NCBI GenBank assembly: GCA_030167865.1
Contig: JALAGF010002086.1
Span: forward strand, 62,001 to 112,300
From: Craspedostauros australis
Lineage: Eukaryota
Length of the DNA stretch: 50,300 bases
Direction: 5' to 3'
Shown here: one piece after another, positions 24,914-36,894 of the stretch
Position numbering within the stretch: the stretch's first letter is position 1
How the letters are laid out: each line of letters begins with the position of its first letter
Program-made: the position numbers and the translations under genes
Notes under the pieces: generated by a model
Database searches by the model: none
Told to the model about the DNA's origin: nothing
What the model saw: the letters and a program-made list of their open reading frames with translations, nothing else

Positions 24914-27900
24914 CTACTTCTTGGACTTCTTTCGTTTCTTGTCTTTCGATTTGGATTTCTTGGGCTTGGTCTCCGCTGGTTCATCCTCGTCTTCGTCGCC
25001 AGCATCATCGTCACCGTCTGTCGGTCGCGACCGCTTAAGCGTGTTCCAACCCTTCGACACCATATCTTCGTATTCATCTGCGTCCGCAAACACGGGGCCT
25101 CCCTTGTTCAGATACCCGTCGTCATCGTCGTCATCATCTTCATCGGAGTTATTTAGGAACGGCAAATCATTGTCGTCGTCGTCGTCGTCGCTATCGTCAC
25201 CATCATCCATGAAATCATCAGCGTCCTGGTTGTGAACGGGAGCTTCTTCATCGTCGTCACCATCACCGTCGCCGTCACCGTCGCCGTCATCATCCTCATC
25301 GATGTCATCAGCAATCAATACATCATCGATATCAACGTCATCCTCTGTGTTGCTGTTTCGGAGGTCACCCCAGTCATCCATGTCGGGATCTTCGTCATCG
25401 TAGTCGGCCTTGCCTGCTGCCGTATCTTCGATCAGCTGCAGAGCAAGCTGGTCGACGAAGGCTTCCTCCTCGTCGTCGCTTTCCCACGCAAGTTCATACT
25501 CCTCGAACTTGGCCTTGGCATCGAAACCACCCGCCTCTTCGGCAGCTTCGATGACGGCAGTTTTGGCATCGTCAATGTCATCGTCCGTTTGGTCATCCTT
25601 CCGACGCACGATGCCCTTGATCTCATCACGCCGGGCGCGTTCCGTGAAGAACTTGTGGAAGAATTCATCTTGTTCCGACACTGCGCCCTGCTGCAGGAAC
25701 GCAGGATCGTTCACAGGGATGGCACCGGCGCCGCCATGCTCTCCGTCCAAGTCGGCCCCGAAGCGTTTCTGTGCGATGCTTCGCCGGCGCTTGCTCTGCT
25801 CTTGGGCGCTGAGGCCCGTCTTCGGGTTGCGGTAGGCAAACTTATCCAGGAACGGTACAATGCCGAAGTCTTTGATGGGATCTCCACCGTAGGAGAGATC
25901 GCCGAATGTTTCAGCGAACTTGCTGACGGAGGGATGGTAGTGATGCATCAGCAAAGCCAGCTCCCAAGATGGAGATGTCTGTTCGTTCGGCTTCTTCACG
26001 TCCTTGCTGTCTTTGTTCTCCAGCGAGGTGAGCGCGAAGCGGGGATCACGCTTGCTTGGATCCAGCACGAGCATGGAGTCTTCCGGTGATGGAAAGTCTT
26101 CGAAGCAACCTTTGACTTCGGCATGCGTTTTGGCTACTTCGTTGAGCAGAAAGACGGAGCCAGCCAGGACGGGTGGCGACGTGTGCAAGGCTGTCGCCAT
26201 GATCCGCTTGGCAAACACGCAGGCACGGGCCACATCATTGTCGTACTTCATCGTCTTGTAGAGCAGATTGAAGTACATCGTCAGATGCTTTCCGTTCGTC
26301 AGCAGATTCTGCTGCGCCAATGTGCTGTACACGGTTCTGTAAAAGCGATCTCGCTTGCTCCTGATCTCATCTGACTTCTTGCCACGGATTGTGTTGGTTT
26401 GTCCGACGCACACCTGAAACAGCAACAGCAGCCCTTGCGTGCAGGTGGATGGCGCTGCCGTGTGCACTATTCTGTACAATGCGTCCACATGGTTCTCCAT
26501 CTCTCTGCTCTTCTCGTGCAGGTACGGGTGTGCTCGATTCACGCCGGATCTGCATGTATTGGCATGATACCGTTTGGTGAAACAAGTTTGTGTGTAAGAC
26601 GATATGGCATTGCATCGCATTGCACCAGTGCGATATTGTCGTATTGCAACACGTGGAAGTCAGTTTGGCGTGGATAGCGAATGTGCATGCATGTGTCGAA
26701 ATTGTGAGTGAGCATTGAAGGAACGTGTTCTCATGGCCATTCAATCAATTCACCAATCAATTCACCAATCATTGACTTGCATGGATGGCACGTTGTGCGC
26801 TGAAGGCCACAGTCCGAACATGACAACCAGTTTGGGTGAAAGATGTTACGTACAGTAGAGCTGATAGGAGACGGCTCTTCATTCCGTCTTCGGCTTTTCC
26901 AGATTCGTTGGAATTTGCCTTGTTGACTGCGACCTCGAACAGTCGGAAATAGGTCTTAATGAGTGATGTCGGCAGTGAGATATGGGAGAGCCCACTGTTG
27001 CTGTTGCTGTTTGGCTGACCAGGCGCGTCACCCTCATCCTTGGATAGCTTCAGCTGGTTGAGGAAGGTGATGCAATTGTACAGCGCCCTTGGAGCCAGAT
27101 TCGGACGATGGGCCAGCTGCTGTACTTCTCTTGCGATGATCAGCTGCATGTTCGGATGCTCCTGCAGCACCATGCCCAATTCATGACCGGCAGCAGATGC
27201 GGTCTTCTTGACCGGATCTCCCAGCTTGTTCACAATCATCTCAAGGAAGCTGCTTTCGCCTTCCGGCACGTCGCGAAGGAACTTGGAGGCCGATCGGATG
27301 ATCGCGACCTTATGAATGTCCACACCATCACGCAGCGTTTCCACCATGTACTGGGAACGGTAGAGCGCAAACTTCTCCTGCACCATCTCCTCGAATCGCC
27401 ACATGAGCAGAACGCGCGGCGACAGGGTCTTGGAGCTTTCTTCGTACAATTGCAGCGGCCGGTCCGCGAGGCCGTGCAGCTTGCGATCCGGCAGCATGGA
27501 TGTGAGGAAGAGGTCGTCCAAGGCTTCGGCCGCCATCTGCGCCACGCGCGAATTGGTCTTGCTGCCGGATGCCGAGCAACCCACCATCTGGAGCAGACCG
27601 TCCAACGCGTAGAGCTTGTGAATGACGTCGGAACTAACCGTCACACTCATGGCGGCAATTCGATCCTTCAGCGTACCCTTCCGCATCGTGCTCTCCACCC
27701 ATTTTTCATCGGATCCCTTGTCCTCGCCCTGCCTGTAATTGCGCAGCTCATTCTGGTAGATGGAATCGCCCAGACGTCGGTACTTCGCCACCAACTCCAT
27801 CGATGGACGGTGCTGGTAGTGCTTGGATTTGACACCGCTGCCGCCCGCTCCAGGAATCACGGCGTTGCATTCCTTGATGCTGGCTGAATAGTCAAACCAC

Positions 27901-28037
27901 GTTGGTGTATCCTCGTCCAACTGCACCAGGACGGACGAATGCCCTTTGTAATCGCTCGCATCGCGAGTGTCTCCTTCCTTCTCGGTGGACTTGCGACCGC
28001 GTCGCCGACGCTTCTTGTCGCCTGCTTCGGCTGGCAT
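24914..28037 (-). CDS. MAK21: Mak21/Noc1/CEBPZ (CBF domain) 60S biogenesis factor, about 939 aa
   Basis: Exon 1 is 28037-26854, the intron is 26853-26550 (GTACGT...TGCAG, phase 2), and exon 2 is 26549-24914, giving LLSALL|SGVNRAHPY. Motifs: GTLKDRIAA, PEGE..LL..IVNKLGDP, DRFYRTVY, HYHPSV, FLDKFAYRNPK, acidic tail. Confidence 0.92.
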
Positions 28038-28641
28038 GGTGCTGTTGCAAAGAGTTGTTCTTGTCCAGCTAGTTCTCCAAGAGCGGCAGAGTTGTATGGC
28101 CTGTCTCTCTACTACTATACGAGAATGGCGCCGATGTTGATGTCCGAGATCGTCCTCCTTTTCTTGCTGCCGCTTCGACCATCACCATCAACGACAACAC
28201 GATTCTGGTCGGTGCTGTTGTCGCAGAACCAACTTTGGGGCCAGCAACGAGGTTTCTGCTCACTTTTTGGAATTGGTTGGAGACACACGATCGGCTCATA
28301 ACCGAATAGGAACGGGTCGTGGATACGAGAAACTCTCGGGCATTCATCTACTTTGGTCAAGTTAGACTTGATTCCGACAACCAAAACAGCGACAAAACGA
28401 GGATTCTCTCATGGAGTTGCGTCGACACCACCTTCGATCACCGCCTTCGAATTCCTTCCCCACAAGAGAGCAACGAAGATGCTGTGTGTCGACTCCCTGT
28501 GAGACTTGCCACAATCCTGTCGTCGACGTTCACATACCATAGGTGCACTCATTGCGAGACGTTGCAAGCAAGAGGCGCACAGAGCCAAAGAGGCAGACAA
28601 GCTACTCGTGCCCACACATCAACAGCGAAAGATCGATCACG

Positions 28642-29196
28642 ATGAACCTGAACGCGTTGCAAATACTGCGGCAAACGACAGCGGTGTCACTGGGTAGGGC
28701 GCGTGGGATGATACGGAAGCGGTTCCCATTCCATCGCTGCCACGAATTGAATGCCACAGCGCAGCTCTGTAGGTTGAGATCCAGCACAGCGTCGATCATC
28801 ACCACGAGGGACTTCTCTGAAGAAGGGGAGAAGCGATCGAAGGCGTATTCGTGGAGGAAGGATCAGCTCGGCGCAATTGAAAAGCGGTTCGGCGATGATG
28901 ACGATCAGCAACCGCGCGATATCGACAACGAAGAAGATCTGCAATCCATGTGGAAGCAGATGGAAAGCCGCGTGGTTGGCCGTCGTCCTAGAGGGAAGCT
29001 GGGGTCTGGCATGAAGACCGGGCGGAGCAATGTGAGGTCTACGGATGAAGAAATGTGGCTGAAGGAGGGGATGTACCAACAAGCCAGCGAGTGCGCCACC
29101 GCAGCAAACGACGATGATGATGATGATGATCGTGATCGTGGTGGTGGTGGTGGTGGTGGTAGTAAAGATAAAGCAGACGCTGAGGCGAAAGAATGA
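28642..29196 (+). CDS. Hypothetical protein, possibly mitochondrial, about 184 aa
   Basis: ATG at 28642. Arg-rich, acid-poor N-terminus (MNLNALQILRQTTAVSLGRARGMIRKRF…) typical of a mitochondrial presequence; compact protein-like core EEDLQSMWKQMESRV…GRSNVRSTDEEMWLKEGMY; microsatellite-encoded D/G tail. Confidence 0.6.
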   Translation: MNLNALQILRQTTAVSLGRARGMIRKRFPFHRCHELNATAQLCRLRSSTASIITTRDFSEEGEKRSKAYSWRKDQLGAIEKRFGDDDDQQPRDIDNEEDLQSMWKQMESRVVGRRPRGKLGSGMKTGRSNVRSTDEEMWLKEGMYQQASECATAANDDDDDDDRDRGGGGGGGSKDKADAEAKE

Positions 29197-30135
29197 TCGA
29201 CACGGCACCGGCCATGAGTATCGGTAGAGCTGTGCAGCGCCCGACCCTTCAATTGGAGCTTGCAAGGTCAGCCTCTGGCATGACTTGGTGCAAGATGGTT
29301 ATGATGATGGTGATGGTGATGATGATGGTCCCGACGGCGATAGGCCAGATCATCAACGGAATCCAGACAGGTAAGCTATTCTTCTGCAGTGCAGGCTGTG
29401 CCTGCCGTGATACTTGAATGTTTGAACGATTACACACACACCCACACAAGACGGACAATCACGGCAGCAGCAACTCGGGTGTTTCCACTCCACAAGACGG
29501 TTGTTGGCAAACCATCCACGCCATGACCGTCTTCCGCTGCTGCCATTCTCGCACCCGCGAGAGTCCAAGATTGATGCGAACGTACTGCTACTAGTATGAA
29601 GCACGTGTCTTGATATACTATCTCGAAAAAGTAATCGTTGCTAGACAGTTACGGACACGACATCTAACGAGCACGGCACCGTTCTCTGAAAGCGCCCATG
29701 GACGCTGCCCGTGCATGTGTGTGGTCGCGCTGTATGTGACAAGCGTACGTATGTCGTTAGTACTCGGCTCACACACTCGTTTCAGTTTCCTTCCCTTGCA
29801 CTCCGAATGAAATGGTGCTCCTTCGTTTCAACTGCCATCCATCTGGTGGTGCAGAAGAGAATACCCTTTCTCCTTACATGCAAGTCATTTCTTTGCACTT
29901 GGCGTACGCACGCTGTCTTGTCCACTCTGCGTAACATGTGCTGGAAGGTGCCTTCAACACCAGCCAACTAACAGTCAATCCAGTGCTTCATCATTCGCGT
30001 CAAATACGTGGCTCAATCATGGAATGCAAAAAAAGAACTAGGACCACTCTGTTATCCTCTGTGACAATGCCAAGTGGTGCAGTCTCTGATTGATCACGCA
30101 GTCCTTGACCAACAATGCCGCAACGTGCCACCAGA

Positions 30136-30680
30136 TCAACCTTGCCTTTTGTACTTCTGGTTGGCGCCATCCCCTGCATTGAAGTTGCGATAGAGACTGT
30201 CATCCCGCATTCCTAATTGTTGCTTGATCGTGATGCGCTGTGCAGTCGACCAGAATGGAGTGTAGTAGAATATCGTCGATGTATGCATGATGTGATGTTT
30301 GAGAAGGAATGGCGTGAGATGCGGTAGAATGGTCCCCTCTATTCGACGAGCAATGGGCACTTGCGTTGAGGTTGCGTTGGCATTGCGCTGTTGCCGCCGT
30401 TGTTCAAACCATGCAGAGTAGAGTATTCAAATGACATGACTCGCAATTCGGTGTTCACAGAGCAGGCACCATAGACACCATAGACGCCACAGACACCATG
30501 TCATTCCCGTATCAGCACAACATGAGTAGTCGTACGCACCTGCAGATTCAACCATCGTCGTGTCTTGGTCGGAAAGTCTCCTTTGCCTGTCGCGATCCAC
30601 CATGTCAACACCAGCAACAGGATAATCACGGTGGGTGTCCAGGATCCCTCGGCAGCCTCTGTGGCAGAAGCGGTCGACAT
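30136..30680 (-). CDS. Putative 80-aa single-pass membrane microprotein (two exons)
   Basis: Exon 1 is 30680-30540, the intron is 30539-30238 (CAG|GTGCGT...CACAG, 302 bp, phase 0, CTCAC branch-like site), and exon 2 is 30237-30136. Translation: MSTASATEAAEGSWTPTVIILLLVLTWWIATGKGDFPTKTRRWLNLQ|RITIKQQLGMRDDSLYRNFNAGDGANQKYKRQG. Confidence 0.55.
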
Positions 30681-31249
30681 CGCTATCTCTGTCAATATGC
30701 AGGTATCAGTTGTTCGTTCGTTTGTCTCGTGGTTTGTGATTCGTGTGCTGTGCTGTGTGGTTGTTTGCGATACTTGGCACGAGTATAGTACGATCTAAGG
30801 ATGGATGTGTTGGAGATACGTCCGCTGCATCGATGATGGTGCGCTACACAGTCACGACACATGGCCGCGATGATTTTGGATTTTGAATGTTGGTGGGTGT
30901 TCGCATTTCTTGGTTACCGCGAAGTGTTGGCGTATTTGCCCTTACCCAGGTGGAAAGAGCGCAGATTCACCAACACCCAAAGTCGATGATCCATCGGTCT
31001 GCTCCTGCACCAATGAGGAGTGATCGTCTCTGTTCAGTCCGATCCGAAGATACTCTCCTCGAGTTAGACTCTAGTCAGACCACAAGAGCCATACTTGTTG
31101 TGATGCCATTCCAAATTAGCACCACGCCTCCACACCATGCCTTATCGAACTCTACTATTAGTATCTAACCAAACCCCTTTCAATCATTCACCTTTGATCT
31201 CTTTCTCTCCAGAGATAGAGAGATAATATATAGATGCACAGATGCAGTG

Positions 31250-32707
31250 CTATTCGCAGTCGACCTCCCACAGCTTAGCGAAGAGCTTGTAGGCACGGGG
31301 ATCATGGTTCTTGAGATCTGTGCGATTGAATGGAAACCATTTGTTGTACTCGACATCGCCATCCTTCCCACCCAGGAAAGCTGTTGACAACTCCGCAAAA
31401 TACTCCATGGCGTTGCTGCAAGCATAGGCTCGTGTCTCAGGACCTTGCTTGCCATGGACCCGCACGCAATCATACAGCTGATCCTTCATCGCCGCATCGA
31501 AACAATCGATGATCTCTTGGTTGCTGTATCCATTCTTGAGCATGCCATGGTGGTACGCGTGGCTCATTTCGTGCAGGATCAGCCCACCCGGCTGCCACAG
31601 ATCGACGTCCTTCCAGTAGTCCTGACTGTTGTTAATCTCGATGCACTTTGCTTTGTCACCGCTCAGCCCGTTGTCGACCAACCAGCACTGGTCTGGGTGA
31701 TAACAGCAGCCGACTCCAACGATGGGGCACAGCTTGGGCCCGTAGCTGATGGATCGGTTGACCCAGATGGGACAGTTCTCACGAAGATATTCTCTGGCAT
31801 GCTCTGGCAGCAGGTTGGCAGCAGCTTCGATATCCGACTCCAAGCGCGATCTCAGCTTTGGATTGCCATTGTGCCAGTTGTTCTCCAACCGCACCGGCCA
31901 CCCACCCAGCACGGTCTCTTCGTACGCTTTGCAGGTCGTATCGAACGGAACACGATCGAAGATCGCCTTTCGCACGTCCACCACCCACTCTCCGTCTTCC
32001 TGCGAGTCGCTTTGGCCATCGACTTTGTGATTGCCATCATGCGTGCGCTTCCCAAACCCACGAAGACCGCCGAAGGCACCGCAGCACATAATCTCGCCTT
32101 GCGATTTCGCCGATCCATCCCATTTGATGGTGACCAGCAGCGTATCATCCTGATCGACGTTTTCCTCGTCAAAGCCGCCCGACGATCGTTGTGCTGTCGC
32201 CTTGCCTGGGCGAAACCCGGCCACAATCGGAGAGTCGGGGAGAAGAGCTTTGGATTCTCGGATCTGCTGAACCATTTGTTCGACGTCGTCGCCGTCATCA
32301 CTGCCATCCACGCACGCCAGACAGAAGGCGTGCCCAATCTGACTGCGTTCGATGTGATCGGTGTCGATCACCTTCGGTTTATCAAGGCCCGTCAGCTGTG
32401 CATCGCCTGCGCCGTTCATCGTGGACGGCAGATGGTAGAAGTGGCGCAGCTTGCCCGTTTCGCTGACCCAACACAGCATGAGCGAGAATGGGCACAGGTT
32501 GCGAAAGGCCAATCGCACGCTCATCCCATTCGCGTTGGTACGCAAGGTGCCCCTCTTGTGCGCCGCAGCTGCGTCATGGCCGCTCCAGGCATCGCCGAAG
32601 GCTTGGCCATCGCTGATGTTATCAAAGCCGCTCGCTCCGGAAATGCCGAAGGCGCTGCGCAGAAACGAGGACACGGTGTCCTGGGCAGCAGACAGTGGAG
32701 GCGCCAT
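31250..32707 (-). CDS. Zincin (HExxH) metallopeptidase-like protein with an N-terminal VHL-beta-like domain, about 485 aa
   Basis: Intronless ORF with ATG at 32707. LILHEMSHAYH (HEMSH at 31573-31559) and YACSNAMEYFAELS (EYFAE at 31405-31391), then KWFPFNRTDLKNHDPRAYKLFAKLW. The N-terminal VRLAFRNLCPFSLMLCWVSETGKLRHFYHL…ERSQIGHAF resembles the VHL beta-domain pattern. No signal peptide. Confidence 0.75.
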   Translation of the reverse strand: MAPPLSAAQDTVSSFLRSAFGISGASGFDNISDGQAFGDAWSGHDAAAAHKRGTLRTNANGMSVRLAFRNLCPFSLMLCWVSETGKLRHFYHLPSTMNGAGDAQLTGLDKPKVIDTDHIERSQIGHAFCLACVDGSDDGDDVEQMVQQIRESKALLPDSPIVAGFRPGKATAQRSSGGFDEENVDQDDTLLVTIKWDGSAKSQGEIMCCGAFGGLRGFGKRTHDGNHKVDGQSDSQEDGEWVVDVRKAIFDRVPFDTTCKAYEETVLGGWPVRLENNWHNGNPKLRSRLESDIEAAANLLPEHAREYLRENCPIWVNRSISYGPKLCPIVGVGCCYHPDQCWLVDNGLSGDKAKCIEINNSQDYWKDVDLWQPGGLILHEMSHAYHHGMLKNGYSNQEIIDCFDAAMKDQLYDCVRVHGKQGPETRAYACSNAMEYFAELSTAFLGGKDGDVEYNKWFPFNRTDLKNHDPRAYKLFAKLWEVDCE

Positions 32708-33071
32708 TGTGCGAGAGCACTCCTCGTGAGATGTAAAGGGCTCGAAATAGGATGCTGTCACGTAGAGTCCAGCAAGTTGTGCGCAGTCAAGAAGCAATCA
32801 ATGGGGAGAGTTGTCTAGCTGTTGGCTTGAAGAGCTGCGAATGGGAGCAGAGGAGAGTGTGCGCAGAACAGCTCGTGGAGTATCTCGGAGATAGCAAGAG
32901 AGAGCGCGCTGTCGCCTTTGTGTGGAGGGAGAAACGAACGAGAAGGGAGGAGAAAACGGAATGTGACATCCCCCCTTGATGTCTTTTTGGATTCTTTCTC
33001 TCGTTTCGTTTGGATACGTGACTCGGCTTGTTGGATGTTTCCACGACTGCGATGGAGTTGCGATCGATTGA

Positions 33072-34271
<1,200 letters not shown>

Positions 34272-34503
34272 AGTAGATGGGACCATTTGTGAATGGCTTC
34301 CGCCGAAAGGCCTCCATTTGAAGATAGTACACGGTGCCCCCTCATGCTGCACTGTGGACGCGCATAAATCTACTCTACTCTAGTCTGAGCAATCATAAGA
34401 ACGCGATTCTCAAGACGTCTCAAGATGTCTCAAGAGTAACATCAGCTGGATCATCAAGAAGATACGGATACCTGTACAGAGCGTTCGTGCATTGTGCATT
34501 ATT

Positions 34504-35722
34504 TCAGTCCATCTTGTTGCACTTTGCGTCGCTGTTGCTGCTCTCATCGCCATTGGTGCTCCCGCTAACTGCCACGCTGTCGGTCGCCATTGAGAATCCC
34601 ATGCCCACATTCGTGACGGTGTTGCTCGGTACGAAGGGAATCCCGATGATGGTACGCTTGGCGTACTCCACATACTCGTCTTCGAAATGGCACAGCAAGG
34701 ATTCCTCCTCGTACGGTATGCGGCGCGCAAAGAATATCGTCGATGCCAGCGCGCTCAAGCAGCCGGCGATGGGGTTGTTGAGGATCATCTGCATCCCGAT
34801 GGACCAGAAGTAGAATCCAAAGTAACTGGGATGCCGCAGCACAGAGTAGATCCCATGCGTGACGAGCAAGTGGTTGTTCTTGCGACTCTTTTGGATCAAG
34901 TGGTTGAAGGAGGCACCGCACGTGATCATGGCCAACGATCGGACCAACTGCGCAATCAGGGCTATGATGAGGCCAATGATGGAGATCGCGGAACTTTGAA
35001 TGTTCGGGAACAGGAACAGAAACCGCAAGCCAAATTCTGTCCACGAAAAGAGGGCCGCGAATGTGTACGTCGTGGAGTGGTTGATGAGGTAGGCATCGGC
35101 CGACGCCACGTCCGGTGCATTATACAGGACGGTGGTGAAGAACTCCAGCAGATGGAAGATGCACAAGAGGCACACGTACATGGACCATTTCCAGAGCAGG
35201 TCGAGTCGTTGCGCGTTCCAGAAGGATATGACATTGTCGCTGCCATTGCCATCGCCACCGCTGCTGATGTCCAGTTGTTGAGAGAACCCAAGTTGACGAT
35301 GGAACGACAGGAGAACGAAGATCGTGAAATGAATGCCAAGGAAGATGCCCAGCAGGCATCCCAGCAAACCCACTCTCCCAAGTCCCTGGATGTTTGTGTT
35401 CGTGAAATGTCGATGATCAGCGAAGGGAGATGATGGAGGCGAGGTGAGAATTTGATGGGACATCGCACTACTCGTGTGGTACTGGACGAAGGATTGTGTT
35501 CTGCCTCCATTCCACTGCAAGCCGTTTGTTCAGCTACCCATCCATCAATTCATTCGCAATTCCTCCAATCTGCTCCACATAACTCTACTCCGCTCTCTCC
35601 GTGTGACGAATTGCACTCACCTTCTTTGTCGCAAAGTGAGGATACTCGTGCCACCCATCAAAGCTGAGCACCGCCTGAATCCGCCTCAGCGCGCTGCCCA
35701 CGAATGCAAATTTATCCAACAT
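34504..35722 (-). CDS. ICMT: Isoprenylcysteine carboxyl methyltransferase (Ste14/ICMT), about 327 aa
   Basis: Exon 1 is 35722-35621 (MLDKFAF…ATKK), the intron is 35620-35386 (GTGAGT...TCCAG, phase 0), and exon 2 is 35385-34504. Motifs: FHLLEF, YLINHS, RSLAMITCGASFNH, HLLVTHGIYSVLRHPSYFGFYFWSIG.Q..L.NP, RIPYEEESL, IGIPF. Confidence 0.93.
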
Positions 35723-36894
35723 TGACAAGATCATTGCTCAGAGCGTATGTCCTTGGACTTGTGCTTGAACCTGAGCTTGTATTTGTACACTTCGGTGTTG
35801 CACTAGTGCAATAGTCCGGAGAGAAGTTGCGATACCGTCGAGATGAGCAGCCTCGGTGATAGCGTCTCCAGCAACAACGCATGTGTGTTTTGGAATGGGA
35901 ATGTATGAGAAACCGCCAAAACAACAACAACACGCACACACTTATGCACAAAGATGATGCATTCTTTGCGTGCGTCTTTGATCGCGACCTTTGCCACAAA
36001 ATTGCCCGCGAGACCCATGAATTGATCTCTACATCCATTTCTCTAGCGAGTCGCTTGAATCAATTCTAGCCTCGCTGTGCGCAACGGACAAAATCCACAC
36101 ACACAATGTCGCACTACAAACGCCACAGAATCGAATGAGACGATGGGAAATTGAGCGAAGCGTCGCCACCTCCACCCTGGAAGGCGAAGAGCACAACCGA
36201 AAGCAACACAGGGAGAGAGAGAGAACGTGGGCAGAATCGCGTGCGCGAGAGAGGCCAAACGCAACAACACGCACCGAAGCGACACGAATGCTTGACACGA
36301 TTGTGTGAAAGGAAAGCCACCGAAACAAGCTGCAATCACAGAGCGGAGGCAACACTCGCTCACACACGCGGACGACAAGGGAAAGGCCAACGCAGGAGGT
36401 TGATAGAGTCGAGTGTTCAGCCACAAGCGGATCGGACGAGCAGCCTTTCAACGAACAGAAGCGGAAGCGAGGTGATTCAGAATCAGAAGGAGCATCATCG
36501 GGTGCTTTCTCTATCTCTCTGAACGAGTAGGCCATTCGTAGATCGTATTCGTCGAGCACGACACTCACCCCTCTCTCTCTAGAGTGCAACACATCACATC
36601 ACATCGCATCGTGGAGAAACTGCAGCGCTCGCGCAGAGAGCTTGCAGAGAGAACCGAAGGAGTGGCGTCGATACGAAACGAGAGAAGCAGAAGCAGAAAT
36701 AGAAGCTGTGCGCTGCCTGCTCCAGACAACCACAATTCAAAGAGTGCACTCGGAGTGTGGATTCACAGAAGCACATACTGGAGTAACACATTATCAAAGG
36801 AGAAGCAGGAGCAGACTACCCTGTCATACCATACCATACCACACCATATCATACCATATCATAGGAGTGCCATCACACAACCTCAAGAACGAAA

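Noticed and set aside
29249-29458. Hydrophobic 69-aa minus-strand ORF and a GTAAGC donor-like site at 29371
   Set aside because: The hydrophobic run comes from a (CAT/CAC)n repeat, and I could not build a consistent gene model; this is probably UTR.
31445-32818. 457-aa plus-strand ORF
   Set aside because: It is an antisense shadow of the metallopeptidase gene, starts at a non-ATG codon and has no motifs.
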